A stretch of DNA of 64,000 nucleotides, from positions 3,946 through 67,945 of the forward strand of contig JBAYHD010000004.1 of assembly GCA_041666305.1 (NCBI GenBank), written 5' to 3'. Origin of the DNA: Minisyncoccota bacterium (GTDB lineage Bacteria; Patescibacteriota; Minisyncoccia; Phycocordibacterales; Phycocordibacteraceae). A program made the translations under genes and the position numbers. The notes beneath the pieces were generated by a model. The model ran no database searches and had not been told where the DNA came from. It saw nothing but the letters and a program-made list of their open reading frames with translations. Of the stretch, positions 1 to 8,965 are shown piece by piece (positions within the stretch are counted from its first letter, which is position 1; every line of letters begins with the position of its first letter).

Positions 1-3000
1 ACTACCAAGACAGCTGTGTTGGTGGTCGTCGCGACCTGGAAGAGGTTCGTGGTGCTATCGGTGGAGTACACCGAGAGGCGGTAGGTGGGCGAAGTGTTGG
101 AGATGCCGACATTGCCGGTGCTGTTGATGATGTGGAATCGGTCGGTCGCGCCAGTCTTGAACGCGATGTCGCCCGAGCCATTCAAGTCAGAGTCGGCGGT
201 GATGACCGCGTCCGCTTGGGCGGTGAGGGTCGAAGCGGTGAGGCCGGCGGTCGCCATACAAGTCGCGTCGGTGAAGCAGAGCTCACTGCTGTTGGTGAGC
301 TGGATGCCGCCGGCGAAACTGCTCTTAACGCTCGTGCTGGTGGCGGTGTAGTGGTCGGCGACGACGCCCGTGCTGCCCACCACCGAGAGCGCAGCATACG
401 GCGAGGTGGTGCCGATGCCGAGGTTGCCGGCGCTCGAGAGGCGCATCTTCTCGCTGATGAGCCCTACGGCCGAATCGGTCTGGAAGCTTAGGTAGCCGCT
501 GTAGTCGCCGGCCGTGGCGTTCTCCATGAAGCCACCGATGAGGCCGAATCCGTATTTCGATATCGCCTTCCCCGTCTGCCCGCCGAAGAGGATGCTCGGG
601 CCAACGCCCGTGTCGCCGGCGGTGGTAGTCTCAAGCGTGAGGAGCGCGGGAGCGGCGGCATTTATCGCATAGGTGTTGTCGCCCTTGATGTGGAGGGCGG
701 ATTCTGGGATTGCGTTGCCCATTCCCACATTCCCGCTCGCTAGCACGGTCATGAGGGTTGAGGTGGATGTGCCGTCGGTGGTGGAGGCGATCGTGAAGAG
801 CGGGGTGTTCGCTGCCGTGCTCGCGGAATTACTGATAGAGAGCATCGAGTACGGAGACGTGGTGCCGATGCCGACGTTGCCTGAAGTATTCAGAATAGTG
901 AAGAAGTCGTTAGCGCCAAAACTAGTGCTGTTAGAAATCTGATAACCCGAATTATTCACTGCGCCACTCACCCAACCGCTGGATGCTCCAAGTGCTTTTT
1001 GATACAGACTTAGGTTATTGCTATCAACCTGCACCTTAAACTGAACCGCATTTGCTCCTGTACGCTCGGCGATGAGGGGCGATGCATTAACCGTCACAAC
1101 TGAATGGAGGAGCGCTGTCGGATTCGCTGTCCCAATCCCAACATTCCCATTCGCCAAGACGGTCATCAGGGTCGTGGTCGCAGTGCCGCCGGTCGTGGAG
1201 GCGATGGTGAAGAGCGGGGTGTTCGCGGCGGTGATCGCGCTATTTGAAATGGAGAGGAGTGAATAGGGCGAGGTAGTCCCGATACCGACGTTGCCTGCGC
1301 CAGTAATGCGCATCTTCTCTGCGATTGTTCCCACATTGCTCGCGAGGAAGGCAATGTCCGACGAGATGGCACCGCCACCGTGACTAGTGAACACACCCGA
1401 GATTTTTGAACCAAGTGCTGTGGTTCCTGCATTGTCTCGCGTCCAGAAGCCGAGGTCGGAGAAGTTGTTGGCCGTATTACTCGTATTCGTTATTGCTATT
1501 GCAGCGTTTGAATTCGTCGTAAGCGTCGTGTTGGTGTGAGATGTTGAAACATCAAGCAGTCGTGAGGGACTCGTCGTCCCGATGCCGACGTTGCCGGCGG
1601 CGTCGATGCGTACTCGCTCGGCGCCGCCGGTGGAAAATGCGAGCGTGCTCGCGAGCGGCGACCACATGCCGGTGATGAGGTCGGAGGAGAAGGTGAAGAC
1701 CGGCGCGCCCGCGAAGCCGCGGGTGGAAGCGGCGAATGCGGGCGCGGTGGAAGTGCCGGTGGAAGTGATGGCGCCGGTGATGGCACTAGTGAACGATGTG
1801 GAGCCCGAGACCGTGAGGTTGCCGCCGACAGTGAGGTTCGCGCCATTCAAAAGCGACAAGTCGCCGTTGCTGTTGATGGTGAGCGCAGTCGTTGTCGCAA
1901 AGCCTGCAGTGCTAGTGGAGATGGCAAAGAGGTTTTGCGTGCCGCCGGCGAGCCCGGCGAGCGAGAGGTTGGCGAAGGGCGAGCTGGTTGCAATGCCGAT
2001 GTTACCTGCGCTGTCTATCGTGAGACGCTCCGTGCTTGAAGTGAAGAAACGCAGGTAGTCGTCGGTGCCGGCGGTGATCTTGGTCGTGAGCGCCGGGTTG
2101 ATGACGCCGCCGATACCCTGCCACACGCCAGTGTCGTTGTAGCCCTCAAACTGGTGCGCGTCGGTGTTGAAGCGCACCTGCCCGATGAGCGCCATCGCCG
2201 GCCTTTGTGCATCGGTGCCGACGGGGATGCGCAGGGCATCGGTGCCGTATATCTCAAAAATGCTTGCCGGCGTGCTGGTGCCGATGCCGATGCGGCCGGT
2301 GTTGCTTGAAATATACAGAAGCGGCGTGGTGGTGCCGACCGTGAAGAAGCCGTCGCCCCACGGCGTGGTGGTGCCGATGGCGAGGCGACCGGCGAAGGTG
2401 CTGGTGGCGGTGGTGCTGGTGGCGATGAAGTACGGCGACTCTACGTGATTGAATGCCGCGAGCGGACCAGCAAACGTGCTGGTGGCGGTGGTGGAAGTTG
2501 CGCTGAAGTAGGAAGCGGAAATTGCTTCGCCGGAAGACAATCCGGAGATAGAAAGGAATCCGGCAGTAAGCGTTCCGCCGATGGTGGCATTGCCGGTCGT
2601 AGTGAAGTTGCCCGTAATGACGGCGTTGCCGGTCTCATTGAAGGCGCCATTGACGGTCGTGTCACCGGCAGTGAGACTGCCGAAGGTGCCGGCGTCTGCG
2701 GAAATCGACGGAATGTTCTGGAATGACAAACCGCGACTATCGCTGAAGCGCGTGATGATGGTTCTCGAAGTGTTCGCAGCGATCGCCGAGAACACATCGA
2801 GACGGAGCGCGGCGAGCGATTGATCCAAATAATCCGGTGAGACGCCCTGAATGATGGTCGTGAAGGAATTCGCGACCCGAGTCGTTGTTGCGTTGGTGGC
2901 GATATTTTGCGGTGCGAAATTTGGATACACGGTCGGCGGCGTAAACAAGAAGGCGAGTGCTCTGCCAGCATCGTTTATGAAATCGTGAATGGTCTCGTAG

Positions 3001-4526
3001 GTGGCGAGTGCGATTTTCTCGCCGGTAGTGAGCGCCGGCAATACCGCGGCGATGGCTGCGGCGACCGGCGGCGAATGAGTTATCGATGTGACCATCGGCG
3101 TCCGTGCGAACGTCTCAAACGCGAGTGCAGTTGTGCCGAGTGCACCGAGATACGCGTCGTTCACCGCGATGCGCGCATTCCTGATGAACGGACTCGCATT
3201 GTTCGCAACTTCGCGCGTGCTCTTCGCGCTTTCGTATGCAAGATTGCCGGCGCCCATCACCGATGCGAGGTACGCGCTTGAAATGCTGTCCGTCGCCGCT
3301 ACAAAATGAGTGGCGCCCGCATATTCCACATCGAAGACCGCTTGAGCGATGGCGGGAGCGATGTGCGCAGGAGCTTCAGTCGCACCGAGGAACACTGCGG
3401 TAGCGAGGGCAGGCACGCGCTCGGCGGCGAGTGCGAGCGCGTTGCCCGTGTTGCCCAGGAGCGCGACTGTGGCGCGAGCGGAGGCGGGTGCCGCGGAGGC
3501 GAGGCCGTAGGAAACCGCCACATCAGCGCCGATGAACGCGTGCGTTGCGTCAATAACCGCCGTGCCGAGCGCGAGATTTGTGTTCGCTATGATTTCCGGC
3601 GTCGCTTTGAGCGTGTCGCGTGTGGTCGCAGCAAGCGCAAGAACTTTTTCACCTGCTGATCCGATGAGCGAGTGGTACGCAGCAAATGCGGCACCGATAC
3701 CGGCGTACGCATTTTCGCCGAGCGCGACATACGCATTCACGAGCGCGCTCGCCGTGCGCGACGGCGAGGTGAGCGTCGCATACGTATCAAACGCAAATGT
3801 CCGCACGTCGTCGGCAGTAACGACCGAACCGTTGATCGCCGACAACTTGGCGGTCCGGTCGCCAAGTCCTGATGCGATGCGAACATTTTTATTTTCATCG
3901 AGCGCCATGCGGAGCGAAGAAAGATCCGGTTCCGCAAGAACGGTTGATGCAATGTTCGCTGTTGTGAATTCGTTTGACGTCGCAACGCGCGGAGAAATTT
4001 TCGCCGCTTCATTTTTCGCCGTATCGATGTGCGCGACGATGCGCGAAGGAATGTCGCCAAACGTCTCAGTGAATCCGAATGCAACCGTGCGTGTCATCTC
4101 TGCCGCACTCGCCGCGAATTGCGGGATCGCTGACGCGTGCGCCGCGAACGCACCTGATGCAACTACGAGAAGCGCTACCGAAAGCGCGAGCGCATGCGAG
4201 CGGATTGAATTTGTTACGAGGCTGAACGGTTTTGGCACATAAAGCGGCGCTGTCAACGTCTTCGTTGCACGATGGATCATCGAGCGGTGCGCACGATACT
4301 CCTCCGCGCGTGCGCTCGCGAGCGCACGCGCGCGAACGATCTTGTGATCGCCCTGCTTATCGAGGAAACGCTCGAGCGAATCTTTTTCGATAAGCCAGTT
4401 GTGTCCGATTCTTTTTCCGGTAATTTTTCCGGAGCGAATGAGGCGAGAAAGATAATCCGAAGTGTACCCAAAAAATTCACCTGCCTCTCTTGTCGTAATC
4501 AAATTTTCTTTAGGTGGAAGGTTCAT
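1..4526 (-). CDS. Giant membrane-anchored surface protein (partial, runs off window): N-terminal excisionase-type HTH, TM segment, Ala/Thr-rich stalk, phage tail-fibre-like GNVGIGTTSP repeats
   Basis: Not in ORF track because there is no stop inside the window. ATG at 4526 gives MNLPPKENLITTREAGEFFGYTSDYLSRLIRSGKITGKRIGHNWLIE (HTH_17-like), then hydrophobic HALALSVALLVVASGAFAA. The same frame was spot-checked at ~2830, ~2400 and ~110 (TGNVGISNTSPTYRLSV). Contains LRIPVGTDAQRP...GQVRFNTDAHQFEGY and many GNVGIGT motifs; >1500 aa. Confidence 0.88.
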   Translation of the reverse strand, partial: MNLPPKENLITTREAGEFFGYTSDYLSRLIRSGKITGKRIGHNWLIEKDSLERFLDKQGDHKIVRARALASARAEEYRAHRSMIHRATKTLTAPLYVPKPFSLVTNSIRSHALALSVALLVVASGAFAAHASAIPQFAASAAEMTRTVAFGFTETFGDIPSRIVAHIDTAKNEAAKISPRVATSNEFTTANIASTVLAEPDLSSLRMALDENKNVRIASGLGDRTAKLSAINGSVVTADDVRTFAFDTYATLTSPSRTASALVNAYVALGENAYAGIGAAFAAYHSLIGSAGEKVLALAATTRDTLKATPEIIANTNLALGTAVIDATHAFIGADVAVSYGLASAAPASARATVALLGNTGNALALAAERVPALATAVFLGATEAPAHIAPAIAQAVFDVEYAGATHFVAATDSISSAYLASVMGAGNLAYESAKSTREVANNASPFIRNARIAVNDAYLGALGTTALAFETFARTPMVTSITHSPPVAAAIAAVLPALTTGEKIALATYETIHDFINDAGRALAFLFTPPTVYPNFAPQNIATNATTTRVANSFTTIIQGVSPDYLDQSLAALRLDVFSAIAANTSRTIITRFSDSRGLSFQNIPSISADAGTFGSLTAGDTTVNGAFNETGNAVITGNFTTTGNATIGGTLTAGFLSISGLSSGEAISASYFSATSTTATSTFAGPLAAFNHVESPYFIATSTTATSTFAGRLAIGTTTPWGDGFFTVGTTTPLLYISSNTGRIGIGTSTPASIFEIYGTDALRIPVGTDAQRPAMALIGQVRFNTDAHQFEGYNDTGVWQGIGGVINPALTTKITAGTDDYLRFFTSSTERLTIDSAGNIGIATSSPFANLSLAGLAGGTQNLFAISTSTAGFATTTALTINSNGDLSLLNGANLTVGGNLTVSGSTSFTSAITGAITSTGTSTAPAFAASTRGFAGAPVFTFSSDLITGMWSPLASTLAFSTGGAERVRIDAAGNVGIGTTSPSRLLDVSTSHTNTTLTTNSNAAIAITNTSNTANNFSDLGFWTRDNAGTTALGSKISGVFTSHGGGAISSDIAFLASNVGTIAEKMRITGAGNVGIGTTSPYSLLSISNSAITAANTPLFTIASTTGGTATTTLMTVLANGNVGIGTANPTALLHSVVTVNASPLIAERTGANAVQFKVQVDSNNLSLYQKALGASSGWVSGAVNNSGYQISNSTSFGANDFFTILNTSGNVGIGTTSPYSMLSISNSASTAANTPLFTIASTTDGTSTSTLMTVLASGNVGMGNAIPESALHIKGDNTYAINAAAPALLTLETTTAGDTGVGPSILFGGQTGKAISKYGFGLIGGFMENATAGDYSGYLSFQTDSAVGLISEKMRLSSAGNLGIGTTSPYAALSVVGSTGVVADHYTATSTSVKSSFAGGIQLTNSSELCFTDATCMATAGLTASTLTAQADAVITADSDLNGSGDIAFKTGATDRFHIINSTGNVGISNTSPTYRLSVYSTDSTTNLFQVATTTNTAVLV
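724..1297 (-). repeat. Intragenic ~160-bp direct repeat (two copies, 724-883 and 1137-1297) in the giant gene
   Basis: Copies encode GNVGIGTTSPYSMLSISNSASTAANTPLFTIASTTDGTSTSTLMTVLASGNVG and GNVGIGTTSPYSLLSISNSAITAANTPLFTIASTTGGTATTTLMTVLANGNVG; period 414 bp. Confidence 0.85.
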
Positions 4527-4964
4527 GTCGGATATCCGAATTAACTAAATAATAACTTATCATTTCGGCATTTCCTACAAAAAATGTGGGGATAATTATT
4601 TGCAAAAAAGTTACTGTCGCATCGCACTATATTCGCGCATCAAAAATGCATAAAAAATCCGAACATTTTAAGTCCGGAAAGCAGAAAAATTCGCCATAAA
4701 CTCATTCTGAATCAAAAAATTCTCTTTGTTCGCGTCCCAATGCTACTTTTTTCAGAAAAAATAGGCACACAGAGCCATTTTTGCGATCATATACATTATG
4801 TTAGGCAGATATGTGCGGATAGCCGAACAACATAGTGTTTAATTAACTATTCCGGTGCTCCAAACAGCACCTTATACTATCTATATAAAGGTATCCGCAC
4901 ATGTTCGCCTGCGTGTAGGCATTCAATATGCATTATTCACAGGTAGAACGTACACCGCACAGAT

Positions 4965-4997
4965 ACCAATGTTCAACACCTGGTGTTGAACATTGGT
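4965..4997. repeat. Isolated 33-bp palindrome (REP-like)
   Basis: ACCAATGTTCAACACC-T-GGTGTTGAACATTGGT; perfect 16-bp arms with a 1-nt centre. Confidence 0.85.
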
Positions 4998-5157
4998 CAG
5001 TACGATCAACTAAATACCACTTTACGGTGTGTCTATACTCTACGAGCCGTTTACGAGCCCACAAAGCATCATTAAACCTTATAAAATTTATACATCACGA
5101 ACTTAACTTATTAATATGTCGTCTCGTGTATCCGAGACGAGAAACGCTGTATATAAA

Positions 5158-5910
5158 CTATTTATTGTAGAGTGCTACACCTGCAATTAATTGGGCTTGG
5201 CTATTCGAGAGTATGTAGGAGTCCAAATATCCGCTCCCGAGCACTGCAATTGTTGCAATTGCCATCGCAAATACTACTCCGAACGCCTGTAGTGCTCTTA
5301 CTGCCCTTCTGACGCCGCCAACTTCCACCTCCTCGTTTTCCGGCTGGACCACAGTATCTTCTTCAAGCGTCTGCTCAGGCTCATATACCGTGTGTATTGG
5401 TATGCTTACTTCGGGTTCTATCTCTATTGTCGTCTCTACAGCCTCATTTCTGGGCTTTTCCGGCGCGACAGAAGCGATCGTCGGTGTTGCTGTCGGAATA
5501 TTATCGAAACGATCGAACCATGCAGCCCAGGTGTCCTGCAGGCGTTGCGCTACTTCAATTTCTTTTTGCTTATCATCGGTGAGTTCAGGAGATCCATTAC
5601 CACGCAAACGATTCACTGAGGGCAATACTTCCGCATCGGAGGCTTCATAGCGAGGAGATTCCCAGGTAGATTGAAATTGGGGTGCTGTGGAGGTCTTCGG
5701 TTTTGTCTCTTCTATCGGTTCATTCCTCGGATTACCGAAGCGATGGTCATGAAGAGCCGATTCAAGCACATACCAGCTGCGCCCCACGAGCCGTGCAGGC
5801 ACTCTTCCTTCACGACAAAGCTGACCGACGTAATCCTTCGCATATCCGGTCACTTTCGCAGCTTGTTTTGACGATACGTATTTCTTCTCGCCTATGAGTA
5901 TCTCATCCAT
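5158..5910 (-). CDS. HTH (excisionase/MerR-like) domain protein with acidic linker and C-terminal TM helix
   Basis: MDEILIGEKKYVSSKQAAKVTGYAKDYVGQLCREGRVPARLVGRSWYV N-terminus; C-terminal hydrophobic FGVVFAMAIATIAVLG. Start moved to ATG 5910 (TATACT 6 nt upstream). Confidence 0.8.
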   Translation of the reverse strand: MDEILIGEKKYVSSKQAAKVTGYAKDYVGQLCREGRVPARLVGRSWYVLESALHDHRFGNPRNEPIEETKPKTSTAPQFQSTWESPRYEASDAEVLPSVNRLRGNGSPELTDDKQKEIEVAQRLQDTWAAWFDRFDNIPTATPTIASVAPEKPRNEAVETTIEIEPEVSIPIHTVYEPEQTLEEDTVVQPENEEVEVGGVRRAVRALQAFGVVFAMAIATIAVLGSGYLDSYILSNSQAQLIAGVALYNK

Positions 5911-5962
5911 GTCCACAGTATAGCCATATCTCGGCTGGACTGGAAGGGCTGTGCACAACTAC

Positions 5963-7360
5963 CTAACTAAGCTTGGAAATTATGAGCTTTTGCAGTTCCT
6001 GCGGATTCCCGGCGCCCTTACTTTCCTTCATTGCCTTACCCACGAGGTACTGCAGTGCCGCCTGTTTCCCATTCTTGTATTCCCCCACTGCCTTTGTCTC
6101 ATGAGCGAGTACTGCGTCGATTGCGACCGCGAGCACCTCAATATCATGTACCTGCATGAGGTTGTGCTCCTTTGCAATTACCTCCGGGTCGCCTCCTTCC
6201 TTCGTCATGATAAGCAATACATCTTTGGCGCCGCGCGATGAAAGTTCTTTTGAGGCAAACATCCGTATAAGTTTTGCAAATGATGTTGGCATAGCGCTGC
6301 CGCATTCTCCCGCAAGATCAGATATAAAATAATTCGCAGCAAGCGCAACAGATTCATGTTCCCCACCAAGCTCTTGTATGACCGCATCAAAAAATATTCC
6401 GCGCGCACCGGAGGCAATAATAAATTCGATGTCTTCCGCTTTAATGCCGAACTGCGCGTATCGTTCGCGACGGTCCCACGGCAATTCCGGCAGTGAAGCA
6501 CGCAGCGTCTCTGGAGCGAATTCCGGTATTTGGGAGAGAAAGAGTTTCGGAAGATCCGGCTCCGGAAAATAGCGATAGTCGGCGCTCCCCTCCTTGAAGC
6601 GCTGGTGGAAGGTCTCCTGCTTGCCCTCGTCCCATCCGCGCGTCTCCTGAACTACTTTCCCGCCGCTCTCAATGAGCGCCGTCTGGCGTTCTATTTCGTA
6701 CGCGATCGCTCGCTCGACGGAGCGGAATGAATTGATATTTTTCACTTCCACTTTAGTTCCCAAACTGCCTCCTGCTCCTGCCTCCTGCTTGCTCACACTG
6801 ACATTCGCCTCGATGCGCATCTCTCCCTTCTCAAGGTTCGCCTCACCGGCACCGAGCGTGCGAAGAAGAAGCTGGAGCTCGCGTGCAAATTTCCCCGCAG
6901 TCTCTGCGTCGTGTATTACCGGCTCGGTGACAAGTTCCATAAGCGGAATGCCCGCGCGATTAAAATCAACAAGACTTTTTCCTTCGGCATGAATGGAGCG
7001 TGCCGTGTCTTCCTCCAAATGCACGCGCGTGATGGCGACGCCCGCGAGCGAACCTCCGGTGATGAGCGGGTGCTCGTACTGACTGATTTGATACCCCTTC
7101 GGGATGTCCGGATAAAAATAACTCTTGCGATCGAATTCGGTGAAGTCGGCAATCGTCCCGCCGACCGCAGTTCCGATGCGCAGAACGTGTCGGACCGCTT
7201 CATGATTGATGACCGGCAACGTCCCCGGGTGCGCGAGACAAACGGGGCACACGTTCACGTTCGGCCGCATCTCATCGGGGTCGTTCGCCGAATTGCAGAA
7301 CATCTTGGTTCGCGTCTTGAGTTCCGCGTGAATTTCCAAACCTATGGTCGGGCGATACAT
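5963..7360 (-). CDS. gatB: Asp-tRNA(Asn)/Glu-tRNA(Gln) amidotransferase subunit B
   Basis: IGLEIHAELKT, CPVCLAHPGTLP, FDRKSYFYPDIPKGYQISQ, HLEED, DYRYFPEPDLP motifs. Confidence 0.97.
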   Translation of the reverse strand: MYRPTIGLEIHAELKTRTKMFCNSANDPDEMRPNVNVCPVCLAHPGTLPVINHEAVRHVLRIGTAVGGTIADFTEFDRKSYFYPDIPKGYQISQYEHPLITGGSLAGVAITRVHLEEDTARSIHAEGKSLVDFNRAGIPLMELVTEPVIHDAETAGKFARELQLLLRTLGAGEANLEKGEMRIEANVSVSKQEAGAGGSLGTKVEVKNINSFRSVERAIAYEIERQTALIESGGKVVQETRGWDEGKQETFHQRFKEGSADYRYFPEPDLPKLFLSQIPEFAPETLRASLPELPWDRRERYAQFGIKAEDIEFIIASGARGIFFDAVIQELGGEHESVALAANYFISDLAGECGSAMPTSFAKLIRMFASKELSSRGAKDVLLIMTKEGGDPEVIAKEHNLMQVHDIEVLAVAIDAVLAHETKAVGEYKNGKQAALQYLVGKAMKESKGAGNPQELQKLIISKLS

Positions 7361-7400
7361 ACGGGAACGATACCCCAAACCGCGGAAAGAGCCAAACCCC

Positions 7401-8375
7401 TTAGGCTTTTTTGAGTATTTTTATCAGTGTATCGGAAAACGCTTTGAGGGATTTTGGCTCCTGTACCGACACCGAGAGTACTTCCCTGCCGGTCTCGCTA
7501 GAGAGCAATTGCATCTTTATATCGCGCTCCGCAGGCGAAATAAGGTCCGTTTTAGAAAGAACTATGATCTCGTGCTTCTTTGTAAGCTCCTGCCCGAATG
7601 ACTCCACTTCTTTATGCACTTCTCCATATGCCGCAAGTAGGTCATCTTGGTCAGCCGAGACGAGATGCAGTAAGATTCCTGTCCTTTCCACGTGCTTAAG
7701 AAATTTAATTCCAAGACCTTTGCCAGACGAGGCTCCTTCGATGAGGCCTGGGATGTCTGCGAGTATATAACCATAGAACTCCCCGAGGCTCGGTGAGAGA
7801 GTCGTGAACGGATATGAACCGACTTTAGACTTCGCCCGAGTGAGCGCATTGAGAAGCGATGACTTACCGGCGTTCGGCAGGCCCACGAGCCCGGCATCGG
7901 CGATGATCTTGAGGGTGAGCTCGATATCCCCACCCTTGCCCGACTTACCCAGCGTTTGCTGAAAAGGATTCTGATTGGTGGAGCTTTTGAAGCGCGCATT
8001 GCCAAGACCTCCTTTGCCGCCATGAAATAATTCTATCTCTTCCCCTTCTTTCGTAATTTCATACTCATCTCCTGTTTGCAGTACGCGCGCAATAGTGCCG
8101 ACCGGTACGTTGATGATTGCATGCTCACCGTTCTTTCCGTGCTTCAATTCTCCCTTTCCCGCTTCGCCGTTCTCTGCATGAAATTTTTTTTCATAGCGAT
8201 AGAGCGAAAGCGCCGCGAGATCGCGCACGCCGCAGAGTATGACGTTGCCGCCACGCCCGCCGTCGCCGCCTGAAGGACCGCCGCGCGCCGTCTCTTTGGT
8301 GCGTAGCCAGCGAATGACGCCATCGCCGCCCTTACCCGACTCCGCATGAATAGTTGCTTGGTCTACAAATGCCAT
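7401..8375 (-). CDS. obgE: GTPase Obg/CgtA (short form without C-terminal domain)
   Basis: FVDQATIHAESGKGGDG, GGPSGGDGGRGG, GLPNAGKSS, YPFTTL, DIPGLIEGAS. Confidence 0.96.
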   Translation of the reverse strand: MAFVDQATIHAESGKGGDGVIRWLRTKETARGGPSGGDGGRGGNVILCGVRDLAALSLYRYEKKFHAENGEAGKGELKHGKNGEHAIINVPVGTIARVLQTGDEYEITKEGEEIELFHGGKGGLGNARFKSSTNQNPFQQTLGKSGKGGDIELTLKIIADAGLVGLPNAGKSSLLNALTRAKSKVGSYPFTTLSPSLGEFYGYILADIPGLIEGASSGKGLGIKFLKHVERTGILLHLVSADQDDLLAAYGEVHKEVESFGQELTKKHEIIVLSKTDLISPAERDIKMQLLSSETGREVLSVSVQEPKSLKAFSDTLIKILKKA

Positions 8376-8417
8376 ATATCAGTACACAGTAGCAAACATG
8401 TGCATAAAATGCTCCTC

Positions 8418-8433
8418 CCTCCATATATGGAGG
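8418..8433. promoter_or_regulatory. 16-bp palindrome abutting the putative -10 box of the TrpR-like gene
   Basis: CCTCCATATATGGAGG immediately followed by TATTAT (8434-8439), 6 nt, then ATG 8446; same core as 8864-8899. Confidence 0.75.
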
Positions 8434-8445
8434 TATTATCGAAGT

Positions 8446-8859
8446 ATGAAAAAGAAAATTAGCGAACTCAGCGAGCAGGAGCGCATTCGGACTCTTGATA
8501 CGCTCTATACGGCCGCATCGTCCGTACGCGGTCGTTCTGCAGTCAAATTATTCCTGCGTGACCTGCTCACCGAAAGCGAGCGGATCATGCTGGGACGCCG
8601 GATCATGATCGCCCGCCTTCTCCTCCAGAATGAAACTCCGGAAACAATACGGAAACGGACTGGTGTCGGGTACGGAACTGTCGGGCGTGTGCAACACTGG
8701 CTCCGTGATCGGTTTCCTGGATACGAGACAGCCATTGCGGCGATGGAGGAAGAGTTCGGAAAGCGCGACTTCAAAAGAAAATATGCGAAAAGCATGTTGT
8801 TCCGCTTCAAAAAACGATATCCGCTCCATTTCCTCCTCTTCCCCGAACCAAAGGTCTAA
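8446..8859 (+). CDS. TrpR-like (YerC/YecD family) DNA-binding protein
   Basis: FLRDLLTESERIMLGRRIMIARLL...GVGYGTVGRV matches the TrpR/YerC pattern; start at ATG 8446. Confidence 0.85.
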   Translation: MKKKISELSEQERIRTLDTLYTAASSVRGRSAVKLFLRDLLTESERIMLGRRIMIARLLLQNETPETIRKRTGVGYGTVGRVQHWLRDRFPGYETAIAAMEEEFGKRDFKRKYAKSMLFRFKKRYPLHFLLFPEPKV

Positions 8860-8863
8860 CTGA

Positions 8864-8899
8864 AATCCAAAAACCTCCATATATGGAGGTTTTTGGATT
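8864..8899. repeat. Perfect 36-bp palindrome just downstream of the TrpR-like gene
   Basis: AATCCAAAAACCTCCATA|TATGGAGGTTTTTGGATT, 4 nt after the stop codon. Confidence 0.9.
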
Positions 8900-8965
8900 G
8901 GCCTTTCTTGATCGGGTCCTTTTTGATTTGTTTGTTGTTTGTTTGCGTTTGCTGACGCTCACTGA

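Noticed and set aside
724-1297. Diversity-generating retroelement TR/VR pair
   Set aside because: Mismatches are not adenine-specific, both copies are coding, and no reverse transcriptase is present in the window.
1-4526. Prophage suggested by tail-fibre-like motifs and the excisionase-like HTH
   Set aside because: No integrase, capsid, terminase or other phage genes; the neighbours are housekeeping genes.
85-4544. Many + strand ORFs (e.g. 673-942, 1582-2058, 3532-4242)
   Set aside because: Antisense shadows of the giant minus-strand gene; their MPTLP/PIPTFP repeats are the reverse reading of GNVGI.
4928-5170. 80-aa + strand ORF in the intergenic region
   Set aside because: No motif or start signal, crosses the palindrome, and is probably spurious.
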